The notes below the pieces were generated by a model, which had not been told where the DNA came from, did no database searches, and saw only the letters and a list, made by a program, of their open reading frames with translations. Shown here one piece after another: positions 30,253 to 40,573 of a DNA stretch of 64,000 nucleotides (positions are counted from its first letter, which is position 1; each line of letters opens with the position of its first letter). The stretch spans positions 59,903 to 123,902 of the forward strand of contig JBHLKM010000014.1 of NCBI GenBank assembly GCA_048886685.1. The letters are read 5' to 3'. The position numbers and the translations under genes are program-made. The DNA is from Candidatus Hodarchaeota archaeon (lineage in GTDB: Archaea; Asgardarchaeota; Lokiarchaeia; Sigyniarchaeales; SOKP01).

Positions 30253-30831
30253 ATGTCAACACAAGAAAAGAATTCTGCTAAAATTTCGCTAAATCATGCG
30301 GAATTCATTGTTCTAGGATTGATCGCTGAGCTTCCTAGTCATGCATATAATATCAATAAAAGAATCGAAGAACGTGGAATGAGAAACTGGACTAGAATAG
30401 GTAGATCTTCAATTTATCGAGTAATTAAGAATCTAGAAAAAAAAGGATTAACGAATAAATGGCTAGAAGAAGTTGATAATAGAACCCTAAAGGTTTATAA
30501 CATAACGGAAAAAGGCTCTATAGTTTTAAAAGAAAAGATTTTTAATACTATAAAAGAATTTATTGGAAGAAATGATGAGGATTTCTATGTTGCGTTTTCT
30601 ATGCTTCCAATTTTAACAGAAGAGCAACAAATTGAGGCATTTACAAACTCTTTAAACAGAATTATTAAGCATAAAAAGGAACTGGAAGACATGCTGGAGG
30701 AGAATTCAAAGATGCCTTTAAATGTTAGAGGTTTATTCTTACATCCCATTAAAATCTTAGGAACAGATATAGAGTTCTTAAATTGGGTGTTAGATAAAAT
30801 CAAAAATGGAGAGGGTAAAAATAAGCAATAA
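30253..30831 (+). CDS. PadR family transcriptional regulator
   Basis: VLGLI..HAYNI..SSIYRVIKNLEKKG..YNITEKG. Confidence 0.9.
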   Translation: MSTQEKNSAKISLNHAEFIVLGLIAELPSHAYNINKRIEERGMRNWTRIGRSSIYRVIKNLEKKGLTNKWLEEVDNRTLKVYNITEKGSIVLKEKIFNTIKEFIGRNDEDFYVAFSMLPILTEEQQIEAFTNSLNRIIKHKKELEDMLEENSKMPLNVRGLFLHPIKILGTDIEFLNWVLDKIKNGEGKNKQ

Positions 30832-31954
30832 ATGTATGGTAAAGAACTTTATGCATAGGGTTGGGTTTCATTGTGAATCATCATCTATGAGAGATCTTTT
30901 TGAGTTTTATGGTTTTTCCATGTCGGAAGCGATGGCGTTTGGATTAGATGCTACAATGGGATTCGGTTTTTTTGATACCAAGAATAGCGTATCTTTTATC
31001 CCCGAGTCAGATGTTGCCTTCTTCCTTGGAGGTAAACAAGGAACTATAGAGCCAAACTCATTAGCATGTCGACTATTAGGAATCACATTAAGAAAACAAT
31101 CTTTCACTAGTGCTGATAAAGCATGGGAAGAGTCGAAAAAATTGATTAACCAAGCTATTCCATTGATTCTTCAAATTGATTTAGCATATTTACCATATTT
31201 CGAAGGAGAAGGAGAGATTCATTTTGGTGGTCATGCAATAACTTTAGCAGGATATGATGAGGGAAATGGAATTGCTTATGTAGGCGACTCGGAATTTGAT
31301 GGATTTCAAAAGGTTACAATCGAACAACTAAAGAAAGGTCGAAGTTCCGAATATGGCCCTAAATTCATGCGCCCAAATAACACTCAATTTTCTATGAAAA
31401 GAAGACCAGATGGAAAACGTCCTCCCCTAGCTGCAGCTGTTAAGGTCGCAATCCAAAAAGTAGTAAGCAATATGCTACGTCCCTCAGTAACCAATAATGG
31501 GGTTCAAGGTCTGAAATTGTTCGCATCTTCAATACCTCATTGGGAAGAAAAATTAAAAGGGGAAGCAAAAGATCCTGAAGGAAAAAGGATTTCTCGTTCA
31601 AGGTTAATGTTTGAATTATTATATGGCTATATTGAAACATGGGGAACTGGGGGTGCCTCCTTTAGGAATTTATATAAAGAATATCTTGAGGAATTATTGA
31701 CTCATCCAGAGTTAAAAGAAGGTCCAAAAGCATGGACTATTGATGATTTCAAGATTCTCGAAGATTGTATTCCCGTTATTACCGATTCAGCTAAAAATTG
31801 GACATTGTTAGCAGAGACTTTAAATGATGCTGCAAAAGAACACAAAGATGATTGCTTAGAGCATGTGGATTTAATTGAATTACAAAGAATAACTCTTAAT
31901 ATTCTCTTTAAGGAGGAGGAATTGTTTAAAAAATTATCAAAAATAAAAATATAA
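30806..31954 (+). CDS. BtrH N-terminal / DUF4872 papain-like putative peptidase
   Basis: HCESSSMRDL (Cys), HFGGHAITLAGYD (His), TGGASFRNLY. Start probably ATG 30836. Confidence 0.85.
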   Translation: MERVKISNKCMVKNFMHRVGFHCESSSMRDLFEFYGFSMSEAMAFGLDATMGFGFFDTKNSVSFIPESDVAFFLGGKQGTIEPNSLACRLLGITLRKQSFTSADKAWEESKKLINQAIPLILQIDLAYLPYFEGEGEIHFGGHAITLAGYDEGNGIAYVGDSEFDGFQKVTIEQLKKGRSSEYGPKFMRPNNTQFSMKRRPDGKRPPLAAAVKVAIQKVVSNMLRPSVTNNGVQGLKLFASSIPHWEEKLKGEAKDPEGKRISRSRLMFELLYGYIETWGTGGASFRNLYKEYLEELLTHPELKEGPKAWTIDDFKILEDCIPVITDSAKNWTLLAETLNDAAKEHKDDCLEHVDLIELQRITLNILFKEEELFKKLSKIKI

Positions 31955-31965
31955 AGGGATTGTAA

Positions 31966-32394
31966 ATGGTAGAAAACAATTTAGCAGCCCCATGTGGAAT
32001 ATATTGTGGGATGTGCCGTCAATACCTTGCCTTGAAAAAGGAGTTATTAGAGGAAAAAGGTCTTAAATGGGGTTGTAAAGGTTGTCGAATCCGACATAAA
32101 AATTGTACTTTTATTAGAAGAGATTGTCCTTCACTAAGAAAAAATGAAATAGATTTTTGTTATGAGTGTGAAAAATTCACTTGCCAAAACTTAAAAAAAA
32201 TAGAAAAAATATACAGAGAACGATATTCTGTAAATTTAATTGAAAATTTAAAAAGAATTAAAGAGATTGGAGTCGAAAAGTGGCTCCAAGAGCAAAAAGA
32301 GCTCTATACATGCCCCGAATGTGGGGGTGAAATTTGTATCCACGATGTAGAATGTTACGATTGTGGTAATAAAATTAATCCAAATATAAAATAA
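31966..32394 (+). CDS. DUF3795-like Cys-rich metal-binding protein
   Basis: APCGIYCGMC, CKGC, FCYEC, CPECG, CYDC. Confidence 0.85.
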   Translation: MVENNLAAPCGIYCGMCRQYLALKKELLEEKGLKWGCKGCRIRHKNCTFIRRDCPSLRKNEIDFCYECEKFTCQNLKKIEKIYRERYSVNLIENLKRIKEIGVEKWLQEQKELYTCPECGGEICIHDVECYDCGNKINPNIK

Positions 32395-32410
32395 AGGGAA
32401 TGAAGAGTAA

Positions 32411-33082
32411 ATGACTGAAGAAATATTAAAAGAACTAGATGCTGATGGGCTTCGATCAGTTTTTCTCAGATATACAAGAAAAGCATTTGAAAGTATTCCT
32501 GAGATTGACAAACCTCGTATACTTGACATTGGATGTGGTACCGGAATGCCCACATTAGAGTTGGCAAGGTTAAGTAATGGTGAGATAACTGGAATTGACA
32601 TTGACCAGGGATTTTTGGATAAATTAAATCTTAAGATTAAAGAAAAAGGTCTTTCAGACAGGATAGAAGTGTATAATCGTTCAGTATACGACACTAAATT
32701 TGAGGATGAAACGTTTGATATCATTTGGGAGGAAGGAGTCATACATTTGCTTGATCTCAAGAAAGCCTTAACAGAATGTAATAGGATTTTAAAACTAAAT
32801 GGGTTTATGATTTCAGGTGAAGCAACTAACTGGGCAGATCAGAAGCTCAAACATTTTCCTAATTTTGGCTTTAAACTTTTCAAACAAATACCATGGGAGA
32901 AAGAATGTTGGTGGACTGAATATTATGCCCCATTGGAAAAGAAAATTAATCAGTTAAGCAAGAAATATGATAACCTAGAAAAAATTAAAGAAATTCAACG
33001 CCATGTAACGGAAATAGAGATGGTTAAAAAAAATCCTGCGGGATTTGATTGTATAACTTATATAATGCAAAAAATCAAATAG
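32411..33082 (+). CDS. class I SAM-dependent methyltransferase
   Basis: ILDIGCGTG, FDIIWEEG, WWTEYYAP. Confidence 0.92.
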   Translation: MTEEILKELDADGLRSVFLRYTRKAFESIPEIDKPRILDIGCGTGMPTLELARLSNGEITGIDIDQGFLDKLNLKIKEKGLSDRIEVYNRSVYDTKFEDETFDIIWEEGVIHLLDLKKALTECNRILKLNGFMISGEATNWADQKLKHFPNFGFKLFKQIPWEKECWWTEYYAPLEKKINQLSKKYDNLEKIKEIQRHVTEIEMVKKNPAGFDCITYIMQKIK

Positions 33083-33102
33083 AGAAAGAAATGAGTTAAA
33101 GA

Positions 33103-35601
33103 ATGGATGAAATTAAAGTTATTGGAGCAAGGATCCATAATCTTAAAAATATTAATGTTAATATCCCTAAGGGAAAAATAATCCTTATTACGGGAGTCTC
33201 AGGCTCGGGTAAATCTAGTTTAGCATTCGATATTATATTTGATGAAGGAATGAATAGATATCTTCAATCAATTGGCTTTCCCCCTAAATTTGAGGATGAA
33301 AAACCGTTTGATATGATTGAAGGATTAAGCCCAACGGTTGCAGTGGAGCAGAGAACCACACGAATCTTTAATCCTCGTTCTACTGTTGGAACAAAAACAG
33401 GAATTTATGGGCTACTAAGAATGCTCTATGCTACTGAAGGTGTATTGATCTGTCCTATTTGTAAAGAGCCTGTTAATGAAAATTTGGAATGTGATATATG
33501 CGGTATGGTCATAGAAAGAAAGCAAATTAAACATTTCTCATTTAATGAGCCCTCCGGCATGTGTCTGAATTGTAAAGGGAGAGGCTATACATTACATATT
33601 ACCGAAGAGATGATAGTTCAGGATTATAATCGAAATCTCATACAGATCACTAAAGCAGGTTCAGCAGTTTTCGCGGATCAAATTCGATTTGTTGAGCAAT
33701 TACCAAGCTTCTATAATTTTAATATTAACACACCTTTTAAGGATTTGCCTGAAGATGTTAAACAAGTCTTTCTATATGGGAGTGGGAAAAAACTTAAGTT
33801 TCAGTGGGAATCTAAAACTTTTAGTGGAGAATTGGAACGTGTGTTTGAAGGAATTATTCCACATATTAAAAGAGCTTTAATTGAAAGTAAGAGTGCATAT
33901 AGAAGAAATAAAATCCATAAAAATTTCATGGCAAAACAAAAATGTGAGGAATGTGAAGGATATAGAATAAATGATCAAGCGAAAGAGATAAAAATTGGAG
34001 ATAAACACATAGGAGAACTCGCAATGATGACTATTGATGAATTGATAGATTTCTTAGAAAATATGGATGAAGGGCATGTAAAAAGCCCTCAGGGTAAATC
34101 AATGTTAGATAGTTTATTAGAAAGTTTAAAAAGGATGATTAATGTTGGTCTTTCTTATCTACACCTACATCGTTCCTTACCTACATTGAGTGGTGGGGAA
34201 CTTCAGCGATTAGCTCTCATGACTCATTTAGATAGTGGTCTTGACTCGCTTATTTATATATTAGATGAACCCAGTATGAGTTTACATGAAAGAGAAAAGG
34301 AATCATTAATTAAAATATTAAAAAAGCTGAGAGATTTAGGAAATACAGTCATAATTGTTGAGCATGATAAGCATTTTATAAATATTGCTGATGAAATAAT
34401 CGATATTGGTCCAGGTGCAGGTGCGAATGGTGGTGAAATAGTATATCAAGGTTCACTTGGGGGGATCCAAAAAGTAGAAGAGTCATACACCGGTCAATTT
34501 TTAGCTGGAAATATTAAATTACCTGAAAAATCGATTGAAGACCGCAAAAAAATTGATCAAGATACTAAATTCCTAACAATTAGAAGTGCTAAAACAAATA
34601 ACCTAAAGAATATTGAGGTAAAAATTCCATTGGGAATGATGATAGGGATTGCTGGTCTTTCTGGATCTGGGAAAAGTTCTCTCATATTAGATACTCTCGT
34701 TCCATTAATAACACCTTATTTCAAGAGGGGTGCCGATTTACCACAAAAGAAAACTGATAACAATGAGGACAGTGAGGAAAATGCAGAGGATCTTCTAGAA
34801 TATTCTGGTGTTATAGAAGGATGGGATAATATTGATGGGATTATTGTAGTTAATCAAAAACCAATCTCTAGGGTAAGAACTTCCACACCTTGTTCTTTTA
34901 TTAGTATCTGGGATAAAATACGGAATTTATTTGCAAAAACACAAGAAGCAAAGAAGAGAAAATACAAAGCAGGACATTTTTCTTATAATTCTGAAAGTGG
35001 GAGGTGCCCTTCTTGTAAAGGTACTGGTGAAACAGATCTACAAATATCATTTCTTAGCAGTTTTACAATCCCTTGTAGAGAATGTAAAGGTTTGAGGTAT
35101 AAACCAGAAATCTTGGAGGTGACTTATAAAGGTAAAACAATTTCAGAGGTGTTAGGTATGACGGTAAGTGAAGCATTAGGCTTTTTTAAATCTCAACCTA
35201 ATATATCGAAAGTGCTAAAAATTCTTGATAAGATTGGCATGGGTTATATCACACTTGGACAGTCTGCTCCAACATTAAGTGGTGGTGAAGCACAACGAGT
35301 TAAGTTAGCAAAAGAATTAGGAAAAGCGCGTAAAGGAAATTACTTATATATCTTGGACGAACCTACAGTTGGTTTATCTTTCTACGATGCGGTAAAACTA
35401 ATGGAGTTGCTTGAACAATTGGTACAAGAAGGAAATAGTGTAATCATCATTGAACATGATCCAGATATTCTTGAATACACAGACTATATAATAGAATTAG
35501 GTCCAGAGGGAGGCCCAAAAGGAGGAGAAGTAATTGCGATTGGAACTCCCGAAGAAATTAAAAAAAATAAAAATTCTAAAACGGGTATTTATTTAAATTA
35601 A
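33103..35601 (+). CDS. uvrA: UvrA-like ABC ATPase, class II (lacks the UvrB-binding domain; DrrC/UvrA2-like)
   Basis: GARIHNLKN, GVSGSGKS, LSGGELQR, GLSGSGKS, LSGGEAQRVKL, zinc fingers. Confidence 0.9.
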   Translation: MDEIKVIGARIHNLKNINVNIPKGKIILITGVSGSGKSSLAFDIIFDEGMNRYLQSIGFPPKFEDEKPFDMIEGLSPTVAVEQRTTRIFNPRSTVGTKTGIYGLLRMLYATEGVLICPICKEPVNENLECDICGMVIERKQIKHFSFNEPSGMCLNCKGRGYTLHITEEMIVQDYNRNLIQITKAGSAVFADQIRFVEQLPSFYNFNINTPFKDLPEDVKQVFLYGSGKKLKFQWESKTFSGELERVFEGIIPHIKRALIESKSAYRRNKIHKNFMAKQKCEECEGYRINDQAKEIKIGDKHIGELAMMTIDELIDFLENMDEGHVKSPQGKSMLDSLLESLKRMINVGLSYLHLHRSLPTLSGGELQRLALMTHLDSGLDSLIYILDEPSMSLHEREKESLIKILKKLRDLGNTVIIVEHDKHFINIADEIIDIGPGAGANGGEIVYQGSLGGIQKVEESYTGQFLAGNIKLPEKSIEDRKKIDQDTKFLTIRSAKTNNLKNIEVKIPLGMMIGIAGLSGSGKSSLILDTLVPLITPYFKRGADLPQKKTDNNEDSEENAEDLLEYSGVIEGWDNIDGIIVVNQKPISRVRTSTPCSFISIWDKIRNLFAKTQEAKKRKYKAGHFSYNSESGRCPSCKGTGETDLQISFLSSFTIPCRECKGLRYKPEILEVTYKGKTISEVLGMTVSEALGFFKSQPNISKVLKILDKIGMGYITLGQSAPTLSGGEAQRVKLAKELGKARKGNYLYILDEPTVGLSFYDAVKLMELLEQLVQEGNSVIIIEHDPDILEYTDYIIELGPEGGPKGGEVIAIGTPEEIKKNKNSKTGIYLN

Positions 35602-35677
35602 AATTTATGTATTTTGAATAACATTTAAGGTAATATCATTAAAAATTAGCAAGATAGAAAAATCGTTTTAGGAAATA

Positions 35678-38600
35678 TTGATTTCGATGCAAATAAAGAT
35701 TAAAGGAGCAAGAGAAAATAACTTAAAGAATATCGATGTAACATTTACTGATGGGTTAACTGTTGTTACTGGAATTTCTGGCTCAGGAAAATCATCTCTT
35801 GTTTTCGATACATTATATCATGAGTCCAATCGTCGATTAATAGAATTATTCGGTTATAGTCGTAAATGGTCAGCTCAGAGATCTTCTTATAAACTTGCTC
35901 CTGCTAAGGTTGGATCGATAATCGGGTTAGGACCCGCAGTTGCTGTAGGTCAAAATTTACTTAATAGAAATCCAAATTCTACATTAGCTACGGCATCAGG
36001 GTTACACCCTTTATTTAGATTACTCTATGCAAGGTTTGGGGTAAGAAAGTGCCCTAAATGCGGGGCCAATATAACCATCCTTACTCAAGATGAAATAATT
36101 GAATATCTTCATAATTTAGCTAGAGAAAAACCTATTGTCATTTATTGTCAATTGGTAAATAATGTGTTTGGGAGCCATAAAACGTTATTAAATCTTTTAT
36201 CAGAACAATTTCCTTCGGAAAATTTGTATGTAGATAATAAAAAATGGGGCGGAATTGAACTTGATCCTAATAATCCACATAAAATCTTAATAAGATTAGC
36301 TGAAATCGATAGTTCAACTTTAACTGAATCTATAAGAGAAATTGTCATAAATAGTCAAATTTTAGGTTCAAATATCCTTCAAATTGAGAGTGGTAAAAGG
36401 ATAGAAAAGATCACAAAGGTAAAATCTTGTGTAGAATGTGGTACATGGTTAAAAGATGTTGAACCCAAGCATTTTCATATGTCTTGTCCTTTTTGCAGAG
36501 GAAAAGGTTGTCAACAATGCAATAATATAGGACTTCATCCTTTAGCTTCATCAGTATATTTCTCAGGTCTACTTATCACCCAACTGCTAATTTATTCAAT
36601 AAAAGATGCCTTAAAGCTTTTTAAAGACACCATACAATCTGGTTTTACAAATCGACTGATATCTGAAATAATTAAAAGATTAGTAGCATTAGAGGAAGTA
36701 GGACTTGATTATTTAACCTTAAATCGCTCATCTCCTACATTATCACGTGGTGAATCTCAAAGAGTTAGAATAGCACTCACTTTGATTAACCAGCTAGAAG
36801 ATGTATTGCATATACTTGATGAACCAACAATCGGTCAACATGCTGCAAATATTACTAAATTTTTACCGATTTTTCACAAATTACCCGGTCCCGTTATTTT
36901 TGTTGAGCATGACAGGATGGCAGCAGCAGCGGCGGATAATGCTATTGATTTAGGACCTGGGGCAGGATTAAGTGGAGGTTCAATAATTTTTGACGGATTA
37001 CCTTCAGAATTATGGAAGTCTGATACACCCACAGGAGAATTTTTTAGTTTAAGAAAAAAAGTCATAACACCAAAAAAAAGACCAAAAGCTAGTCTCTTTT
37101 TAAAAATTGAAGGCGCTAATAAGCATAATTTAAAGAATATAAATGTAGAGATCCCTTTAAATCGATTAACGGTTATAACAGGAATTTCAGGTTCAGGAAA
37201 GAGTACATTAATCCAAGATGTTCTTCATAGTTCATTACAAAAGAAAAAACCTATTGGTTGCAAGAAAATTACTGGACCAACCTCAAAGTCAGTAATGGTT
37301 GATCAGAGTCCTATTGGGAAAAATCCTCGCTCAAATCCGGCCACCTATACCAAAATATCAGAGATCATAAGAAGACTATATACAAAGGAAACAGGTCTAA
37401 GGTCTTCTCATTTTTCTTTTAACAGGCCTGAAGGTGCTTGTCCTACCTGTAAAGGAATGGGTGCATTGGAAATAAGAATGAGACATATACCTTCATCTTG
37501 GATTCCTTGTCCAGACTGTAAACGAGCAAGATTTAATGAAGAAGTTCTTAGCAAAAAGGTTGTTTTTGGTGATAAGTCTTACTCTATTTCTGAATTCTAT
37601 GATTTATCCATATCCGAAATAGCTGAATTAATAGAGAAAGAAAATCGATTATCTTTAAATGATTTACAAAAGATAAAGGAGATGATAGGGACTCTCAAAG
37701 ATATCGGTTTAGGTTATTTATCTCTTGGTCAACCTTCACCTTCTCTTTCTGGAGGAGAAGCTCAACGTATTAAGTTATCAAAATATTTGGGAAAATCAAA
37801 TTTGAAAAACCAGATAATAATATTGGATGAACCAAGTACAGGTCTTCATCCTCAGGATTTAAAAGGATTACTAACAATTTTAGATCGATTAGTAAGAGCA
37901 AGAGCAACTGTAATTATTGTAGAACATAATTTAGATATCATCAAAGCAGCAGATTGGATTATTGATCTTGGTCCTGGAGCTGGTGATGAGGGAGGGAATA
38001 CTATCTATTCTGGTCCTTTTGAAGGATTAATAGAGTGTAAAGATTCAGAAACAAGCAAAGTTTTGAAATTAGAGGAATCGATAGTACCAAGCTCAAAAAA
38101 GGGAGATCGAAAAACTTCAGATAAAATCATCATAAAAAATGCCCATATCCATAATTTGAAGGGAATTGATTTAGAATTCCCTAAAAATTCAATTAACGTA
38201 GTAACAGGAGTTTCTGGAAGTGGTAAGTCTAGTTTAGTAAGTGATATAATCGAAGCTGAAGCCAAACGTCGCTTTTTTGAAACTTTATCTATGTACGAAC
38301 GTCAAGGGATTAACGAGGGTCCTGAAGTATTGGTAGACAAAATATCTGGTCTGGGAGTTACTTCTCACGTTATATCCACTAGAGCAATGCATTCACGTTT
38401 TTTAATGGTAAGAAACACAATCGGAAAGGCAACAGAAATTTCTCTTCATATTGCAAATTTATTAGCATATATAGGAGAATGTAAATGCCCGGAGTGTGGA
38501 TTTTTGATGATAAAAAAATCAGAGAGGATTTGCACAAAATGCAATACTAAATTCCCATTACCCAATCCTATACACTTTGATCCCGCATCATATCAAGCAG

Positions 38601-40573
38601 CCTGTAAAAATTGTCATGGCATAGGAACTATTAATGTCCCAAACCCAGATAAGTTAATAATACATCCAGAAAAACCATTATGCAAGGGTGCTATGCATTC
38701 TCCTGGATTTTTTCCTCAGGGGTATCTATGTAAACCATACAACGGAGGGTATTATGTTATTCAAGCACTTGCAAAACGCTATAATTTTGATCCAGCTCAC
38801 ACTCCTTGGAATGAAATGTCCAAAGAAGCTCAAGATGCATTTTTATATGGGGATGATGAACTGTTAGAAATACATTATGAGAATCGGAAAGGCGATAAGC
38901 GTATATATAGAAGCAAATTTTCTGGATTTTACCATGGATGGGTAAGTGAATGGGATATTGGTGGCACATACACAGATATAAAAACATGTAAAAGTTGTAA
39001 AGGGGCTAAGCTTCGACCAGAATATCTAACAGTTACTTTAGAAGGATATAATATGCAGCAATTGAGTGAACTGCACTTTAAAGACTTATTAAGAGTTATT
39101 GAAGATATTTATATAAACCGTGATATTCCTGATATTGTTTATAATAGTTATAAAACTATACGAGATCGATTAAATTTCCTAATTAAAACAGGTTTAGGAT
39201 ATATGCATTTGAATAGAGTTGCAGCATCACTTTCTGCAGGTGAAGCTCAAAGGATTAGATTAGCTGGAATTTTAGGTAGTGGACTTACTTCTCTTACAAT
39301 TGTTTTAGATGAACCTTCAAGAGGATTACATCCTTCAGAACTAGAAGCATTATTAGAAGCAATTGTGGAATTACGTGATATGGGGAACACCATTATTATG
39401 GTAGAACATGACTTACTGTTAATTAAAGCAGCAGATTATATTATAGATTTAGGACCAAAAGCTGGTATCGAGGGGGGTAAGATAGTTGCAAAAGGAAAAC
39501 TGATAGATATTAAAAAGGAAAACACAATTACAGCTGATTGGTTGAATGGGAAAAAAAAATTCAAATATATCAAGCAAAAAAGAACTCCTAAGAAATGGTT
39601 AAAAATATATGGTGCAAAAGAAAACAATCTGAAAGGTGAAACTATAGAGATTCCCCATGGTCTTTTGGTGGGTTTATGTGGGGTATCAGGCTCGGGGAAA
39701 TCCACGCTATTAATAGATACTATTGGAAGAGCACTTGCTCCGAAGAAACATACAACTTCAATGGCACAAGAACCTATAGAACCGGGGAAGTATGAAAAAA
39801 TCGAGGGCGAATTATTTCAAACTATAATCATTGATCAAACAAGAGCTAATATTACAAGCCCCATGAATTATCTTGGTCTAAGGAAAAATTTTTTCAAGAT
39901 ATTTGCTGAAAGTGAAGATGCAATTTCATTGGGATTAAGTGAAAAAGATCTAAAAAAGATATGTACAGCTTGCAAAGGAAAAGGCAGGATAAAAACAGAT
40001 ATGGGTTTTTTACCAGATATTTATGATTTATGTGAAATATGTAATGGAACCGGCTATTCTATCAATGCTTGGAAAGTAAAAGTTAATGGAATTTCACTAC
40101 CTGAATTAAATGAAAAGACTATAGATGAGATTTATGAATTGTTTAAAGAAGAAGAATCTATTGAAAAAAAATTGAAGTTTGTGAAAGATGTCGGTTTAGG
40201 ATATTTAGTAATGAATCAACCAGCTTACACACTGTCAGGGGGAGAAGCACAGAGACTTAAAATAGCAAAAGAACTAAGTAAGAATAGTAAGAAAAAATCA
40301 ATGTATATTCTGGATGAACCAACTGTAGGACAACATATGGAAGATGTTTCTCGTCTAATTACTGTATTACATCGGTTAGCTGATAATGGACACACTGTGG
40401 TAGTTATTGAACATCATCCTCACCTTTTGGCAGCATGTGATTGGATAATAGAACTCGGTCCTGGAGCGGGTGATGAAGGCGGAAAGTTAATCGGGACGGG
40501 AAAACCTGAAAAAATCGCAGAAGGGAGTACACCAACAGCACAATACCTAAAAGAAGTTTTGGAGGAAATTTAA
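35678..40573 (+). CDS. uvrA: double-length UvrA-like protein with four ABC ATPase domains
   Basis: Four Walker A (GxSGSGKS), four signature and four LDEP motifs, multiple CxxC pairs. Confidence 0.9.
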   Translation: MISMQIKIKGARENNLKNIDVTFTDGLTVVTGISGSGKSSLVFDTLYHESNRRLIELFGYSRKWSAQRSSYKLAPAKVGSIIGLGPAVAVGQNLLNRNPNSTLATASGLHPLFRLLYARFGVRKCPKCGANITILTQDEIIEYLHNLAREKPIVIYCQLVNNVFGSHKTLLNLLSEQFPSENLYVDNKKWGGIELDPNNPHKILIRLAEIDSSTLTESIREIVINSQILGSNILQIESGKRIEKITKVKSCVECGTWLKDVEPKHFHMSCPFCRGKGCQQCNNIGLHPLASSVYFSGLLITQLLIYSIKDALKLFKDTIQSGFTNRLISEIIKRLVALEEVGLDYLTLNRSSPTLSRGESQRVRIALTLINQLEDVLHILDEPTIGQHAANITKFLPIFHKLPGPVIFVEHDRMAAAAADNAIDLGPGAGLSGGSIIFDGLPSELWKSDTPTGEFFSLRKKVITPKKRPKASLFLKIEGANKHNLKNINVEIPLNRLTVITGISGSGKSTLIQDVLHSSLQKKKPIGCKKITGPTSKSVMVDQSPIGKNPRSNPATYTKISEIIRRLYTKETGLRSSHFSFNRPEGACPTCKGMGALEIRMRHIPSSWIPCPDCKRARFNEEVLSKKVVFGDKSYSISEFYDLSISEIAELIEKENRLSLNDLQKIKEMIGTLKDIGLGYLSLGQPSPSLSGGEAQRIKLSKYLGKSNLKNQIIILDEPSTGLHPQDLKGLLTILDRLVRARATVIIVEHNLDIIKAADWIIDLGPGAGDEGGNTIYSGPFEGLIECKDSETSKVLKLEESIVPSSKKGDRKTSDKIIIKNAHIHNLKGIDLEFPKNSINVVTGVSGSGKSSLVSDIIEAEAKRRFFETLSMYERQGINEGPEVLVDKISGLGVTSHVISTRAMHSRFLMVRNTIGKATEISLHIANLLAYIGECKCPECGFLMIKKSERICTKCNTKFPLPNPIHFDPASYQAACKNCHGIGTINVPNPDKLIIHPEKPLCKGAMHSPGFFPQGYLCKPYNGGYYVIQALAKRYNFDPAHTPWNEMSKEAQDAFLYGDDELLEIHYENRKGDKRIYRSKFSGFYHGWVSEWDIGGTYTDIKTCKSCKGAKLRPEYLTVTLEGYNMQQLSELHFKDLLRVIEDIYINRDIPDIVYNSYKTIRDRLNFLIKTGLGYMHLNRVAASLSAGEAQRIRLAGILGSGLTSLTIVLDEPSRGLHPSELEALLEAIVELRDMGNTIIMVEHDLLLIKAADYIIDLGPKAGIEGGKIVAKGKLIDIKKENTITADWLNGKKKFKYIKQKRTPKKWLKIYGAKENNLKGETIEIPHGLLVGLCGVSGSGKSTLLIDTIGRALAPKKHTTSMAQEPIEPGKYEKIEGELFQTIIIDQTRANITSPMNYLGLRKNFFKIFAESEDAISLGLSEKDLKKICTACKGKGRIKTDMGFLPDIYDLCEICNGTGYSINAWKVKVNGISLPELNEKTIDEIYELFKEEESIEKKLKFVKDVGLGYLVMNQPAYTLSGGEAQRLKIAKELSKNSKKKSMYILDEPTVGQHMEDVSRLITVLHRLADNGHTVVVIEHHPHLLAACDWIIELGPGAGDEGGKLIGTGKPEKIAEGSTPTAQYLKEVLEEI

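Noticed and set aside
33103-40573. Canonical uvrABC excision repair locus
   Set aside because: No uvrB or uvrC in the window, and both UvrA-like proteins have non-canonical domain content.
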